Part shown: positions 11,708-23,034 of the stretch, piece by piece
Position numbering within the stretch: position 1 is the first letter of the stretch
How the letters are laid out: each line of letters begins with the position of its first letter
From: Macrostomum lignano
Taxonomy: Eukaryota
Assembly: GCA_002269645.1 (NCBI GenBank)
Contig: NIVC01000046.1
Location: 62,001 to 126,000, forward strand
DNA: 64,000 nucleotides
Direction of reading: 5' to 3'
The notes under the pieces: generated by a model
Database searches by the model: none
The model's input: the letters and a program-made list of their open reading frames with translations, nothing else
Told to the model about the DNA's origin: nothing
Made by a program: the position numbers and the translations under genes

Positions 11708-12215
11708 ATGTACATCACTAGTGTACATTGTCAATGTACATCACTGTACCAATCATTGGTGTACATGTACATTGTCAATGTACATCACTGGATCAATCAT
11801 TGGTGTACATGTACATTGTCAATGTACATCACTGGATCAATCATTGGTGTACATGTACATTGTCAATGTACATCACTGGATCAATCATTGGTGTCCATGT
11901 ACATTGTCAATGTACATCACTGGATCAATCATTGGTGTACATGTACATTGTCAATGTACATCACTGGATCAATCATTGGTGTACATGTACATTGTCAATG
12001 TACATCACTGGATCAATCATTGGTGTACATGTACATTGTAAATGTACATCACTGGATCAATCATTGGTGTACATTGTCAATGTACATCACTGGATCAATC
12101 ATTGGTGTACATGTACATTGTCAATGTACATCACTGGATCAATCATTGGTGTACATGCAATTTGCAAAGGTACATCACTGTAACAATCATTAGTGTTCAT
12201 TGCCAATGTACATCA
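11708..12215. repeat. 44-bp minisatellite (GTACATGTACATTGTCAATGTACATCACTGGATCAATCATTGGT)
   Basis: About 11 tandem units read directly. Confidence 0.95.
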
Positions 12216-12711
12216 TATATTAAATGTGCATAGCAATAATATATACATAAGAATACTTATAAATTTGCCGGATTGCTTCTAACGACATTTTAAATCCCGT
12301 GTCTACTTTCTGTCAGTAGTCTCTTGTGCTTTTGCGAAATAACGTATACGCTAGTATTGTTTCTTTGTGACGATACAGAAGAATGTTATATCTGGATAAT
12401 AACATACTCTTATTTCGAAGTATATAAACTTTATAAACAAAAAATAGCAAATAATCTCTTGTGCACTACCTACACTTCATCGATAAGTAGTATACTATTT
12501 CATATTTTTTGTGCGCGCTTCAACTATATGCACACAAAAAATTAATTCAATAATATTTGTACACAGTGTTTAACAGTGTCTTTCAACTAAATGTTTAATA
12601 TTATCATTTATAGTTATGGTTTATAAAACTAAGCATGCTGTTGTCAACTGATTAATTCTGTCAATATATCGATTTTCTTGTCTAAAATTGATTTTTTAAG
12701 TGAGCAGTTTA

Positions 12712-13875
12712 GTTCAGTGACTGAGGGTCAGGGAAGAGAGGCTGATTAAGTGACTGAGGGTCAGGGAGGAGAGGCTGATTCAGTGACTGAGGGTCAGGGA
12801 GGAGAGGCAGACTCAGTGACTGAGGGAGGAGAGGCTGATTAAGTGACTGAGGGTCAGGGAGGAGAGGCAGCCTCAATGACTGAGGGTCAGGGAGTAGAGG
12901 CTGATTAAGTGACTGAGGGTCAGGGAGGAGAGGCTGATTAAGTGACTGAGGGTCAGGGAGGAGAGGCAGCCTCAGTGACTGAGGGTCAGGGAGGAGAGGC
13001 TGATTAAGTGACTGAGGGTCAGGGAGGAGAGGCAGCCTCAATGACTGAGGGTCAGGGAGGAGAGGCTGATTAAGTGACTGAGGGTCAGGGAAGAGAGGCT
13101 GATTAAGTGACTGAGGGTCAGGGAGGAGAGGCTGATTAAGTGACTGAGGGTCAGGGAGGAGAGGCTGATTAAGTGACTGAGGGTCAAGGAGGAGAGGCAG
13201 CCTCAGTGACTGAGGGTCAGGGAGGAGAGGCTGATTAAGTGACTGAGGGTCAGGGAGGAGAGGCAGCCTCAATGACTGAGGGTCAGGGAGGAGAGGCTGA
13301 TTAAGTGACTGAGGGTCAGGGAAGAGAGGCTGATTCAGTGACTGAGGGTCAGGGAGGAGAGGCTGATTAAGTGACTGAGGGTCAGGGAGGAGAGGCTGAT
13401 TAAGTGACTGAGGGTCAGGGAGGAGAGGCAGCCTCAGTGACTGAGGGTCAGGGAGGAGAGGCTGATTAAGTGACTGAGGGTCAGGGAAGAGAGGCTGATT
13501 AAGTGACTGAGGGTCAGGGAGGAGAGGCTGATTCAGTGACTGAGGGTCAGGGAGGAGAGGCAGACTCAGTGACTGAGGGAGGAGAGGCTGATTAAGTGAC
13601 TGAGGGTCAGGGAGGAGAGGCAGCCTCAGTGACTGAGGGTCAGGGAGGAGAGGCTGATTAAGTGACTGAGGGTCAGGGAGGAGAGGCTGATTAAGTGACT
13701 GAGGGTCAGGGAGGAGAGGCAGCCTCAGTGACTGAGGGTCAGGGAGGAGAGGCTGATTAAGTGACTGAGGGAGGAGAGGCTGGGCTGATTAAGTGACTGA
13801 GGGAGGAGAGGCTGATTAAGTGACTGAGGGAGGAGAGGCTGATTAAGTGACTGAGGGAGGAGAGGCTGATTCAGA
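12712..13875. repeat. 33-bp minisatellite (GTGACTGAGGGTCAGGGAGGAGAGGCTGATTAA; 27-bp variants)
   Basis: Period 33 (11-aa repeat in the artefact ORF). Confidence 0.95.
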
Positions 13876-14244
13876 AATTAAGGGAGCGGAAAGGCCGATT
13901 CAGGGGGTGGAGGCAAGCTCAACGATTCAAACAACGCAAAAGACGTCAATTTCCTGAAGCTTTTAGTGATGTTTTTTGTGGCAGGAAACTGTGTAACTGC
14001 GAAGAAAAATTTCCATATATTTGTTTGCTTTTCTGTTAAAAAGCAAATAAAAGTTCCATTTACATGTAGTTCTCTGTCAACAGTCAAATATTAATTGCCA
14101 GCGTTAAAACACAGCTGCAAGCTACGTAGGTGTTGGCCTTCGTTATACTGTAGCGTTTCCGGGGAAAGAGAAACCAAAATACATTTCACTAGATGGACTC
14201 ATTGCAACTATAGAAAAAGCCTTTTTTCAAAACTTCTACGTGTA

Positions 14245-14872
14245 CCTCACCTTCATCCAGACCCACTGCTCAGCCTCTCGGCTTCATCCAGACCCACTCA
14301 GCCTCACAGCTTCATCCAGACCCACTGCTCAGCCTCTCGGCTTCATCCAGACCCACTCAGCCTCACAGCTTCATCCAGACACACTGCTCAGCTTCACAGC
14401 TTCATCCAGACCCACTGCTCAGCCTCTCGGCTTCATCCAGACCCACTCAGCCTCACAGCTTTATCCAGACCCACTGCTCAGCCTCTCAGCTTCATCCAGA
14501 CACACTGCTCAGCTTCACAGCTTCATCCAGACACACTGCTCAGCTTTCACAGCTTCATCCAGACCCACTGCTCAGCCTTTCGGCTTCATCCAGACCCACT
14601 CAGCCTCACAGCTTCATCCAGACCCACTGCTCAGCCTCTCAGCTTCATCCAGACCCACTCAGCCTCACAGCTTCATCCAGACCCACTCAGCCTCTCAGCT
14701 TCATCCAGACCCACTGATCAGCCTCACAGCTTCATCCAGACCCACTCAGCCTCACAGCTTCACCCGGACCCCTATGCTCAGCCTCACCGCTTCATTCAGA
14801 CTCCCTAATCAGCCTCACAGCTTCATCCAGACCCACTCAGCCTCACAGCATATCATCCAGACCCACTCAGCC
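14245..14872. repeat. 28/31-bp minisatellite (CAGCTTCATCCAGACCCACTGCTCAGCCTCA)
   Basis: Tandem periodicity; same family at 15710-16252. Confidence 0.93.
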
Positions 14873-14879
14873 TCGCTGG

Positions 14880-15562
14880 CCACCTCAAAGGGCACAGCGA
14901 CGAACTTTAGTAGCCGGCACAGAAGTTTTGAAGGCTCAAAAACGCAGCCCAGGCAGTCCTGGCTGAGGTGGCAGAACAAAGCACTGGATGGCGTCGCCGA
15001 CCCTTGCGCTGAGATGAGCAGCAGAGCTGATTCGAGTGGAGAGAGTCGGCACGGACGAAATTGGTAGCTTTTTGAGCATCGGTCCAACTGCGGCCGTCGC
15101 GTGTTGTTGCATATGCGATAAACAGCTTCGTAGTATACTAAAGTGCACTGGCAGTAGGACGAACTTTATAGACACAATAAATTTAGGCCTAGAAATCCAA
15201 TGTCAGTGGACAAGCAACACGTGGGACATACTCGGTTGGTAGAAAAGAAACTTTCGTAAACGGAATTCCTGGAATTAGCTCCACATTTTTGAGTGGAGTT
15301 GCCGGGACAAGAACTGCAGCTAGACTCGGCCGCTGAGCTGCAGCGTCATCGAATCGTGTCTTACTAGCACTTCGGCACTAACGGAGTAGGGACCAATTGA
15401 CTTCAGACCGCGCAGTCCGGACAGATCCCGGTTAGAAGTGTCTACATAGCAACCGATGTAACGGAATCCCAGAAGCTGCCGATAAGGCAACAGCAAAGTC
15501 AATTGGACCTCGGTTAGCAACAAAAGAAGATATATTGTAGCAAGGAGTTGCAGTTTCGGCAT
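14880..15562 (-). pseudogene. Degenerate secreted WSC-domain (+ PAN/apple-like) protein gene
   Basis: Signal peptide MPKLQLLATIYLLLLL, then WSC-type YIGCYVDTSNRDL...MTLQL followed by SGRV* where C-x3-C is expected. Downstream frame has EAVYRI and PAN-like LFCHLSQDCLGCVFEPSKLLCRLL. No clean splice solution found. Confidence 0.45.
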
Positions 15563-15709
15563 TTTGCCACTTTTTCACTTAAAATCTGATTGCAAAGTTC
15601 GAAGGATAATTTTCAGTATCGATTTTGGATGGCTTTGATGGAAGCAGCTTTGGAATTTTCTTTTTAATTCCGAAGGGGACAATGGCTGCAGAGCCGCTGC
15701 CTATAGAAT

Positions 15710-16252
15710 AGACCCCCTGCTCAGTCTCAGCTTCATCAAGACCCCCTCTTGATCCTCACAGCTTCATCCAGACCCCCTGCTCATCCTCACAGCTTCATCC
15801 GGACCCACTGCTTCATCCAGACCCCTGCTCATCCTCACAGCTTCATCCAGACCCACTGTTCAGTCTCACAGCTTCATTCAGACCCACTGCTCAGTCTCAC
15901 AGCTTCATCAAGACCCCCTCTTGATCCTCACAGCTTCATCCAGACCCCCTGCTCATCCTCACAGCTTCATCCGGACCCACTGTTTCATCCAGACCCACTG
16001 CTCATCCTCACAGCTTCATCCAGACCCACTGCTCATCCTCACAGCTTCATCCAGACTCCCTCATCCTCACAGCTTCATCCAGACCCACTGATCAGCCTCA
16101 CAGCTTCATCCAGACCCCCTGCTCATCCTCACAGCTTCATCCAGACCCCCTGCTCAGCATCACTGCTTTATCTAGACCCTCTCACAGCTTCATCCAGACC
16201 CCCTGCTCAGCATCACTGCTTTATCTAGACCCTCTCACAGCTTCATCCAGAC
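15710..16252. repeat. 28/31-bp minisatellite (CAGCTTCATCCAGACCC... family)
   Basis: Same unit as 14245-14872, same orientation. Confidence 0.92.
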
Positions 16253-16599
16253 TCAGTAGTGTGTCCAGACTTCTGCATCAGCCTTAAGCAGAATAGTGGC
16301 ACCATTCTAACAAGCTTAAAATCGTTAAACTACATGTAGCTGGCAGACAATGAGTGATTAGATTGCAACAATCGGCTTGTATATTATTTTCTCAATTCGT
16401 GTAAGAAAACGTGTAAAAATGTTTTACAGAAACTCAATTTAAATCAAGCAGCAACTAATAATAAGAATTAGACAGGCCAACCAGCTTGCTAGGTTCATTA
16501 TCAATACATGCGTGCGGCTAATTAACCATTATAAACATGACTGCAAGTGATATGACATACATGTACTTGTACACAAAACTTTTGCACACGATAGCACAC

Positions 16600-16912
16600 A
16601 CAAAAGCGCACTTAATTTAAGCACACACGAAAGTGCATTTAACTATAGCACACACTAAAGTGCATTAAACTATAGCACACACTAAAGTGCATTTAACTAT
16701 AGCACACACTAAAGTGCATTAAACTATAGCACACACTAAAGTGCATTTAACTATAGCACACACTAAAGTGCATTTAACTATAGCACACACTAAAGTGCAT
16801 TTAACTATAGCACACACTAAAGTGCATTTAACTATAGCACACACTAAAGTGCATTTAACTATAGCACACACTAAAGTGCATTTAACTATAGCACACACTA
16901 AAGTGCATTTAA
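16600..16912. repeat. 27-bp minisatellite (AAAGTGCATTTAACTATAGCACACACT)
   Basis: About 11 units read directly. Confidence 0.95.
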
Positions 16913-17358
16913 CTTCAAGGTACAGAGGTACGTTTATTAAAGTACATTGAATTACAGGTAAAACACAAAAGTACACTCAGGCACAAAAGTACATTTAGCA
17001 GCAAACATTAAATTTGATGAAAGTACACACGCCAGGTAAACCTATAAACATGTGTCTCAGGCAAACCTATAAACAGACGCTAAAGTGCATTAACAAACAA
17101 AATGAATTGCTGTTAATAGAGGCACATGTACACAGCAAGAGAAAAAACAGTTCGTACAGACAGACATGAGAGCAGAGCGATAACAGATATACTCGTACAA
17201 AGCAGAAAAAAGCAAAATGGATTTCATTATTGATTAACAATTTAACATTTAAACAGAATTAACGTAACGCAATTCTCAGTTGTAACAATAAATAGGTAAA
17301 ATCTACTATTAAACAAAATATTAACAACAAGCTGCCAGATAGGTAAATAATATTAACA

Positions 17359-17457
17359 CTATCTGTTCGGAATTCGTTTTAATACAAATTTGCCAGACCG
17401 CAGGTGCTTCAACGACACTTTTATCTTGGCGCCGTCTGAGGATCGCTTGATAATTAC
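17359..17457 (-). CDS. SUDS3: Sin3-HDAC subunit SDS3, exon 3 of 3
   Basis: CGCAG acceptor; VIIKRSSDGAKIKVSLKHLRSGKFVLKRIPNR* aligns with the SUDS3 C-terminus ([29 protein letters not shown]). Confidence 0.85.
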   Translation of the reverse strand, partial: VIIKRSSDGAKIKVSLKHLRSGKFVLKRIPNR

Positions 17458-17511
17458 CTGCGATTTAGGGCGGGTGGAGGAGAACTTCGTAATTAATTAT
17501 TATTGTTTAGG

Positions 17512-18787
17512 AGTGCCTACCTGTCTGTTTAGGAGTAGGCACTGTTTATTCAGGAGTAAACACTGTTTATTTACGAGTAGGCACTGTTTATTCAGGAGTA
17601 GGCACCTGTTTATTTAGGAGTAGGCACTGTTTATTCAGGAGTAGGCACTGTTTATTTAAGAGTAGGCACTGTTTATTTACGAGTAGGCACTGTTTATTCA
17701 GGAGTAGGCACCTGTTTATTTAGGAGTAGGCACTGTTTATTCAGGAGTAGGCACTGTTTATTTAAGAGTAGGCACTGTTTATTTACGAGTAGGCACTGTT
17801 TATTCAGGAGTAGGCACCTGTTTATTTAGGAGTAGGCACTGTTTATTCAGGAGTAGGCACCTGTTTATTTAGGAGTAGGCACTGTTTATTCAGGAGTAGG
17901 CACTGTTTATTTAAGAGTAGGCACTGTTTATTTACGAGTAGGCACTGTTTATTCAGGAGTAGGCACCTGTTTATTTAGGAGTAGGCACTGTTTATTTACG
18001 AGTAGGCACTGTTTATTCAGGAGTAGGCACCTGTTTATTTAGGAGTAGGCACTGTTTATTCAGGAGTAGGCACTGTTTATTTACGAGTAGGCACTGTTTA
18101 TTCAGGAGTAGGCACCTGTTTATTTACGAGTAGGCACTGTTTATTCAGGAGTAGGCACTGTTTATTCAGGAGTAGGCACCTGTTTATTTACGAGTAGGCA
18201 CTGTTTATTCAGGAGTAGGCACCTGTTTATTTAGGAGTAGGCACTGTTTATTCAGGAGTAGGCACCTGTTTATTTAGGAGTAGGCACTGTTTATTCAGGA
18301 GTAGGCACTGTTTATTTAAGAGTAGGCACTGTTTATTTACGAGTAGGCACTGTTTATTCAGGAGTAGGCACCTGTTTATTTAGGAGTAGGCACTGTTTAT
18401 TCAGGAGTAGGCACTGTTTATTTAAGAGTAGGCACTGTTTATTTACGAGTAGGCACTGTTTATTCAGGAGTAGGCACCTGTTTATTTAGGAGTAGGCACT
18501 GTTTATTCAGGAGTAGGCACCTGTTTATTTAGGAGTAGGCACTGTTTATTCAGGAGTAGGCACTGTTTATTTAAGAGTAGGCACTGTTTATTTACGAGTA
18601 GGCACTGTTTATTCAGGAGTAGGCACCTGTCTATTTAGGAGTAGGTACCTATTTGTTAAGGAGTAAATACCTGTCCACCTTAGAATTAGCTACCTGTCCA
18701 CCTTAGAATAAGCTACTTGTCCACCTCAGCATTAGCTACCTGTCCACCTTAGAATAAGCTACCTGTCCACCTCAGCATTAGCTACAT
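17512..18787. repeat. 21/22-bp minisatellite (GGAGTAGGCACTGTTTATTCA) plus short 23-bp array (18665-18787) filling SUDS3 intron 2
   Basis: Periodicity read directly. Confidence 0.95.
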
Positions 18788-18795
18788 TGGCTCAC

Positions 18796-19542
18796 CTCCT
18801 GCTGGCTAACATTAACAATCATTCCGCAGCACCGGGGCGCTCGCCGGGTCTCAAGCGAAACCTGCACACCCCGTCCGAAACTTCGATCCCGATAGTACAG
18901 CACGCCGTCCACAACTTGCAGCTGCGATGCCGAAGTCGTTCCGCTAACGCCCGACGCCCCTGCCGTAGCGCCAGAAGCCGCCGCTCCGCCAGCAGCGCCT
19001 CCGGCCGCTGTCAATCCCGAAGAACTCGTAGTAGAAGTGGACGCCACCCTCTGCCTGGCTTTGGCGATGATTCGCAGATCCTCTTGAATGTCCGAGTCGG
19101 GCAGCAGCGGGTCGAAAGCGCCACCGACGCCCCACAGCGGTGCACCGATAGAGCCGAGGCCGCCAACAGCGGCTGTTGAAGCGCCAGTGGATGTCGAAGA
19201 AGCGACACCGGCAGCCGCTGCGGTGGCCGCTGAGATGCCACCGGAGCAGGGATCTCCGGACGCCGCCACAGCCAGTAGGGCGGCAGCGGCAGCGCTGGCC
19301 GCTGATACACCGCTGCCACCAGCGCCGGAAGCTGACGAGCCAGTGTCGACTTGCCCGACGGCCTCTTTGGCGGCGGCCGCGGCTGCGGAGACTTTTGCCG
19401 GCTGTCGATTCCGCAGTCGCCAAGTGGCCGGCTGTTTCACGTCGTGCACGTCGCCGTCGAAATTCAAATCGAAACTGGCCCGTTCGACCTCCACAGCTCG
19501 GCGCTTCTCCTTCAGCTCGGCTAGCAGGAGGTCCGTCAGCTC
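18796..19542 (-). CDS. SUDS3: SDS3 exon 2 of 3
   Basis: ELTDLLLAELKEKRRAVEVERASFDL..TWRLRNR..LLPDSDIQEDLRII..VDGVLYYRDRSF matches SUDS3 ELKENLIAELEEKKK..TRKLRRR..LLTDEQIMEDL..EDGKLYY; phase 0 at both ends. Confidence 0.88.
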
Positions 19543-19574
19543 CTGGGGGGGGGGGGCGATGGCGAGTGGGATTT

Positions 19575-20835
19575 TCGTGGGGATTGTGTCTTGAGGTGGG
19601 ATTGTGTCTTAGAGGTTGGATTGTGTCTTGAGGTGGGATTGTGTCTTGAGGTGGGATTGTGTCTCAGGGGTGGGATTGTGTCTCAGGGGTGGGATTGTGT
19701 CTTGAGGTGGGATTGTGTATTGAGGTGGGATTGTGTCTTGAGGTGGGATTGTGTCTTAGAGGTTGGATTGTGTCTTGAGGTGGGATTGTGTCTCAGGGGT
19801 GGGATTGTGTCTCAGGGGTGGGATTGTGTCTTGAGGTGGGATTGTGTCTTGAGGTGGGATTGTGTCTCAGGGGTGGGATTGTGTCTCAGGGGTGGGATTG
19901 TGTCTCATGGGTGGGATTGTGTCTTGAGGTGGGATTGTGTCTTGAGGTATGATTGTGTATTGAGGTGGGATTGTGTCTCAGGGGTGGGATTGTGTCTCAG
20001 GGGTGGGATTGTGTCTTGAGGTGGGATTGTGTCTTGAGGTGGGATTGTGTCTTAGAGGTGGGATTGTGTCTCAGGAGTGGGGTTGTGTCTCAGAGGTGGG
20101 ATTGTGTTTTAGGGGTGGGATTGTGCCTCAGGGGTGGGATTGTGTCTCAGGGGTGGGATTGTGTCTCAGGGGTGGGATTGTGTCTCAAGGGTGGGATTGT
20201 GTATCAGGGGTGGGATTGTGTCTCAAGGGTGGGATTGTGTATCAGGGGTGGGATTGTGTCTCAGGGGTGGGATTGTGTCTCAGGGGTGGGATTGTGTCTC
20301 AGGGGTGGGATTGTGTCTCAGGGGTGGGATTGTGTATCAGGGGTGGGATTGTCTCAGGGGTGGGATTGTGTCTTGAGGTGGGATTGTGTCTTGAGGTGGG
20401 ATTGTGTCTTAGAGGTGGGATTGTGTCTTGGAGGTGGGATTGTGTCTTGAGGTGGGATTGTGTCTTGGAGGTGGGATTGTGTCTTAGAGGTGGGATTGTG
20501 TCTTGGAGGTGGGATTGTGTATTGGAGGACGGATTTTGTCTCAGGGGTGGGATTGTCAAAGGGTTGGGATTGTGTCTTGGAGGTGGGATTTTGTCTCAGG
20601 GGTGGGATTGTCTTAGAGGTGGTATGTGTCTTAAAAGTGGAATTGTGTCTCAGAGGTGGGATTGTGTCCTACAGGTGAGAATGTGCTACAGGTGAGAATG
20701 TGTCCTACAGATGAGAATGTGTCCTACAGGTGAGAATGTGCATTACAGGTGAGAATGTGTCCTACAGATGAGAATGTGTCCTACAGGTGAGAATGTGCAT
20801 TAAGGTGAGAATGTGTCCTACCGGTAAGAATGTGT
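19575..20835. repeat. 18/19-bp G-rich minisatellite (GGGATTGTGTCTCAGGGGT) and 19-bp array (GTCCTACAGGTGAGAATGT, 20665-20835) in SUDS3 intron 1
   Basis: Periodicity read directly. Confidence 0.95.
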
Positions 20836-20956
20836 ATTAAAGAGAAAAGCGAGCTCTGGAGGTTACACACACTGCCTAGCCTAGGAAAAAATGTTCAAAT
20901 TCGACTGCACTTCTAAGCAACTCCAATTCTCAAGAGTTGGCATACAGCCAGCTCAC

Positions 20957-21310
20957 CTTTTTCCTAGACTCCAGCTCCCTCTGAGCGCTGTGCTTTTCAG
21001 CGGCATGTTCCTTGTTAATAAGCTCGCAGCGCAGGTTGTACCAATCCCGCGCCGCCTGCTGCCTGTCCTGGCACTCGGCCTCCAATTCAGCTTTGCATCT
21101 TTGATACTCTGGCAAGGTGCCTTTATCTAGGCGAGCTAATCTGGATTGTAATCTTTCTAATCGGTTATCTGTGCCAGCAGTAGCCTGCTGCTGTTGATGC
21201 TGCTGAGACTGAGTCTGGATCGAGTCAGATAGTGGCGATAGAATTATTGGCGACTGATGATTGTTTGCTGTGACAGCTGGCTGTTCGAGCACAATGCCAA
21301 ATGAAAGCAT
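20957..21310 (-). CDS. SUDS3: SDS3 exon 1 of 3 (start codon tentative); about 399 aa total
   Basis: RLERLQSRLARLDKGTLPEYQRCKAELE..KEHAAEKHSAQRELESRKK matches SUDS3 [34 protein letters not shown]; GTGAG donor, phase 0. Confidence 0.85.
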
Positions 21311-21988
21311 TGGAGTGAGAACTGCTGAAGGTGGGGCAATTATGAGTTTGTTTCCTGTGCCATTTGAATCTTTTTGTTACACACTATACACTACTACTGC
21401 ACACTAATATAATCAAACTGCAATAATGTAAACACTATCTATAATAATTTCAAGCTTTTGTTTCTAGCCAATTTGTACCTTCACCTGTAGTCTACTTTTG
21501 CTTTGATTTTTATCTAGAGTAATCATAGGCTATTTTTAATTATATGATCTAAATTGTTGCTAACATCTATATAAGCATATGCTTAAAAATAACATTGCTC
21601 TCATAACACCCTTGTTAAGCCTAGTGGGATCTGCCAAATAGTTTGTTTAGAGTTGTAAATATCAAAAGTATGCTAAGACCCACAGCCCATGCTAAGACCC
21701 ATGCTAGTCTAAGTTGCTATTTTTTAATAGTACTGAGTACACTTGAGACTAATGCTTAAACAAACTGATATCAACACTACTATAATATATTATACATTTA
21801 TATCCCAAAGATTTAGATTGGAACTATCTAACTTATTCAATAATAAGGGTCATTCTATAAGTAACAAAACTAAAAAAAAGAAATTTTTAGATTACTTTAA
21901 ATCTAAAAAAGCTATTCAAAAATTCTTATTTAAAAAAAATCTATGTACAAAAGCTTATTTATAACTTTCTTGACTTCACATTGCCAAA

Positions 21989-22284
21989 CATATATGCGCA
22001 ACCTCCAAAATTCGGTCGGCCATGCGACTTAGTTTTAACAAAAATGCGACGTAGTTTTTGGCCAAAAATGCGACTTACATGTAAAAAAACCCTGATGCAA
22101 AATTAACGCAACTTTGGGTAAACGGCAGGAGTAACTATAACTGTCTTATTAAGTCAAAATGCCTCGTCAGCTACTTAGTACTACTACTTTATACTTTTTC
22201 GGGTGGGCATTTTTGTGACTTCCTTGGTTGGCCGCCAAATTGGTCGGCCGGATCGGCCGACTCGGCGACTGTTGCGCATGTATG
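21989..22284. mobile_element. hAT-type MITE, 296 bp
   Basis: 14-bp TIRs CATATATGCGCAAC / GTTGCGCATGTATG (1 mismatch); perfect 8-bp TSD TTGCCAAA at 21981-21988 and 22285-22292; three subterminal ATGCGAC copies. Confidence 0.85.
22116..22179 (+). rRNA. Degenerate 64-nt fragment of 28S (LSU) rRNA, H68-H71 region; non-functional, inside the MITE
   Basis: 52/64 ungapped identity by my count to the conserved eukaryotic sequence GGGTAAACGGCGGGAGTAACTATGACTCTCTTAAGGTAGCCAAATGCCTCGTCATCTAATTAGT (reference recalled from memory). Confidence 0.8.
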
Positions 22285-22833
22285 TTGCCAAATAATGGCT
22301 TTATAGCATTTTATTTGAAATTAGCTAAAATATGCTCCAAATCTACTAAAAAATCAGTTCAACTTTGACTAATTATTAATACTCACTAATTATTATTACC
22401 ATTTACTTTAAAACTTTAAAAAAGAATGATAAATATCTTTTTTATTGAATGCATAGAGTTTTATTTCTATAGGATTATATAGATAGAAAAAAGGTATATA
22501 ATCACTCAAAATGGTGATACTCTTTGGTATTGATAATATAAAACACTTATATTAAAAATTCAAGTTTTTATTATATTTGTCTAAAGAAAAGCTAATATAC
22601 ATTATACTTACTTACTTAATATAATATAGTATAATAGGCCTATAGGGCCTAATTATACTTGCTTAGTATCAGTGGTGTGATTGGAAAGTTTGCCAAATTT
22701 TGCGCCAACTGAAAATTTTCGCGCCATGCCAATAATATTCTACTGACAGCCAAATAAGTCAATTGATGACACTTTTAAAGATGCATCTGGCTACCAATTA
22801 GCATGTCTCTCAAGTCCCAGCCATGTCTCACCT

Positions 22834-23034
22834 GAACTTCTTGTTGGCGATGTCTGCAGGCAGACAACTGCTTGTGCTGGTGATTGATGACATTGACAGC
22901 AGCTCAGCAGCCTTGCGCTTCAAGACGAGCTCAGCTAGCTTCTCTGCCTCCTTCTGCTTCTTCTTCTGCACATTCTGCTGCTGACACCTCAGTTCTTCAA
23001 TCTCAGCGTCCTTGCTTTTGGTGGCCGCCATCAA
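22834..23034 (-). other. Isolated putative coding exon (charged helix MAATKSKDAEIEELR...KKF)
   Basis: GC-richer open stretch ending at a CAG|GTGAG donor (phase 2); no phase-compatible partner exon found. Confidence 0.3.
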
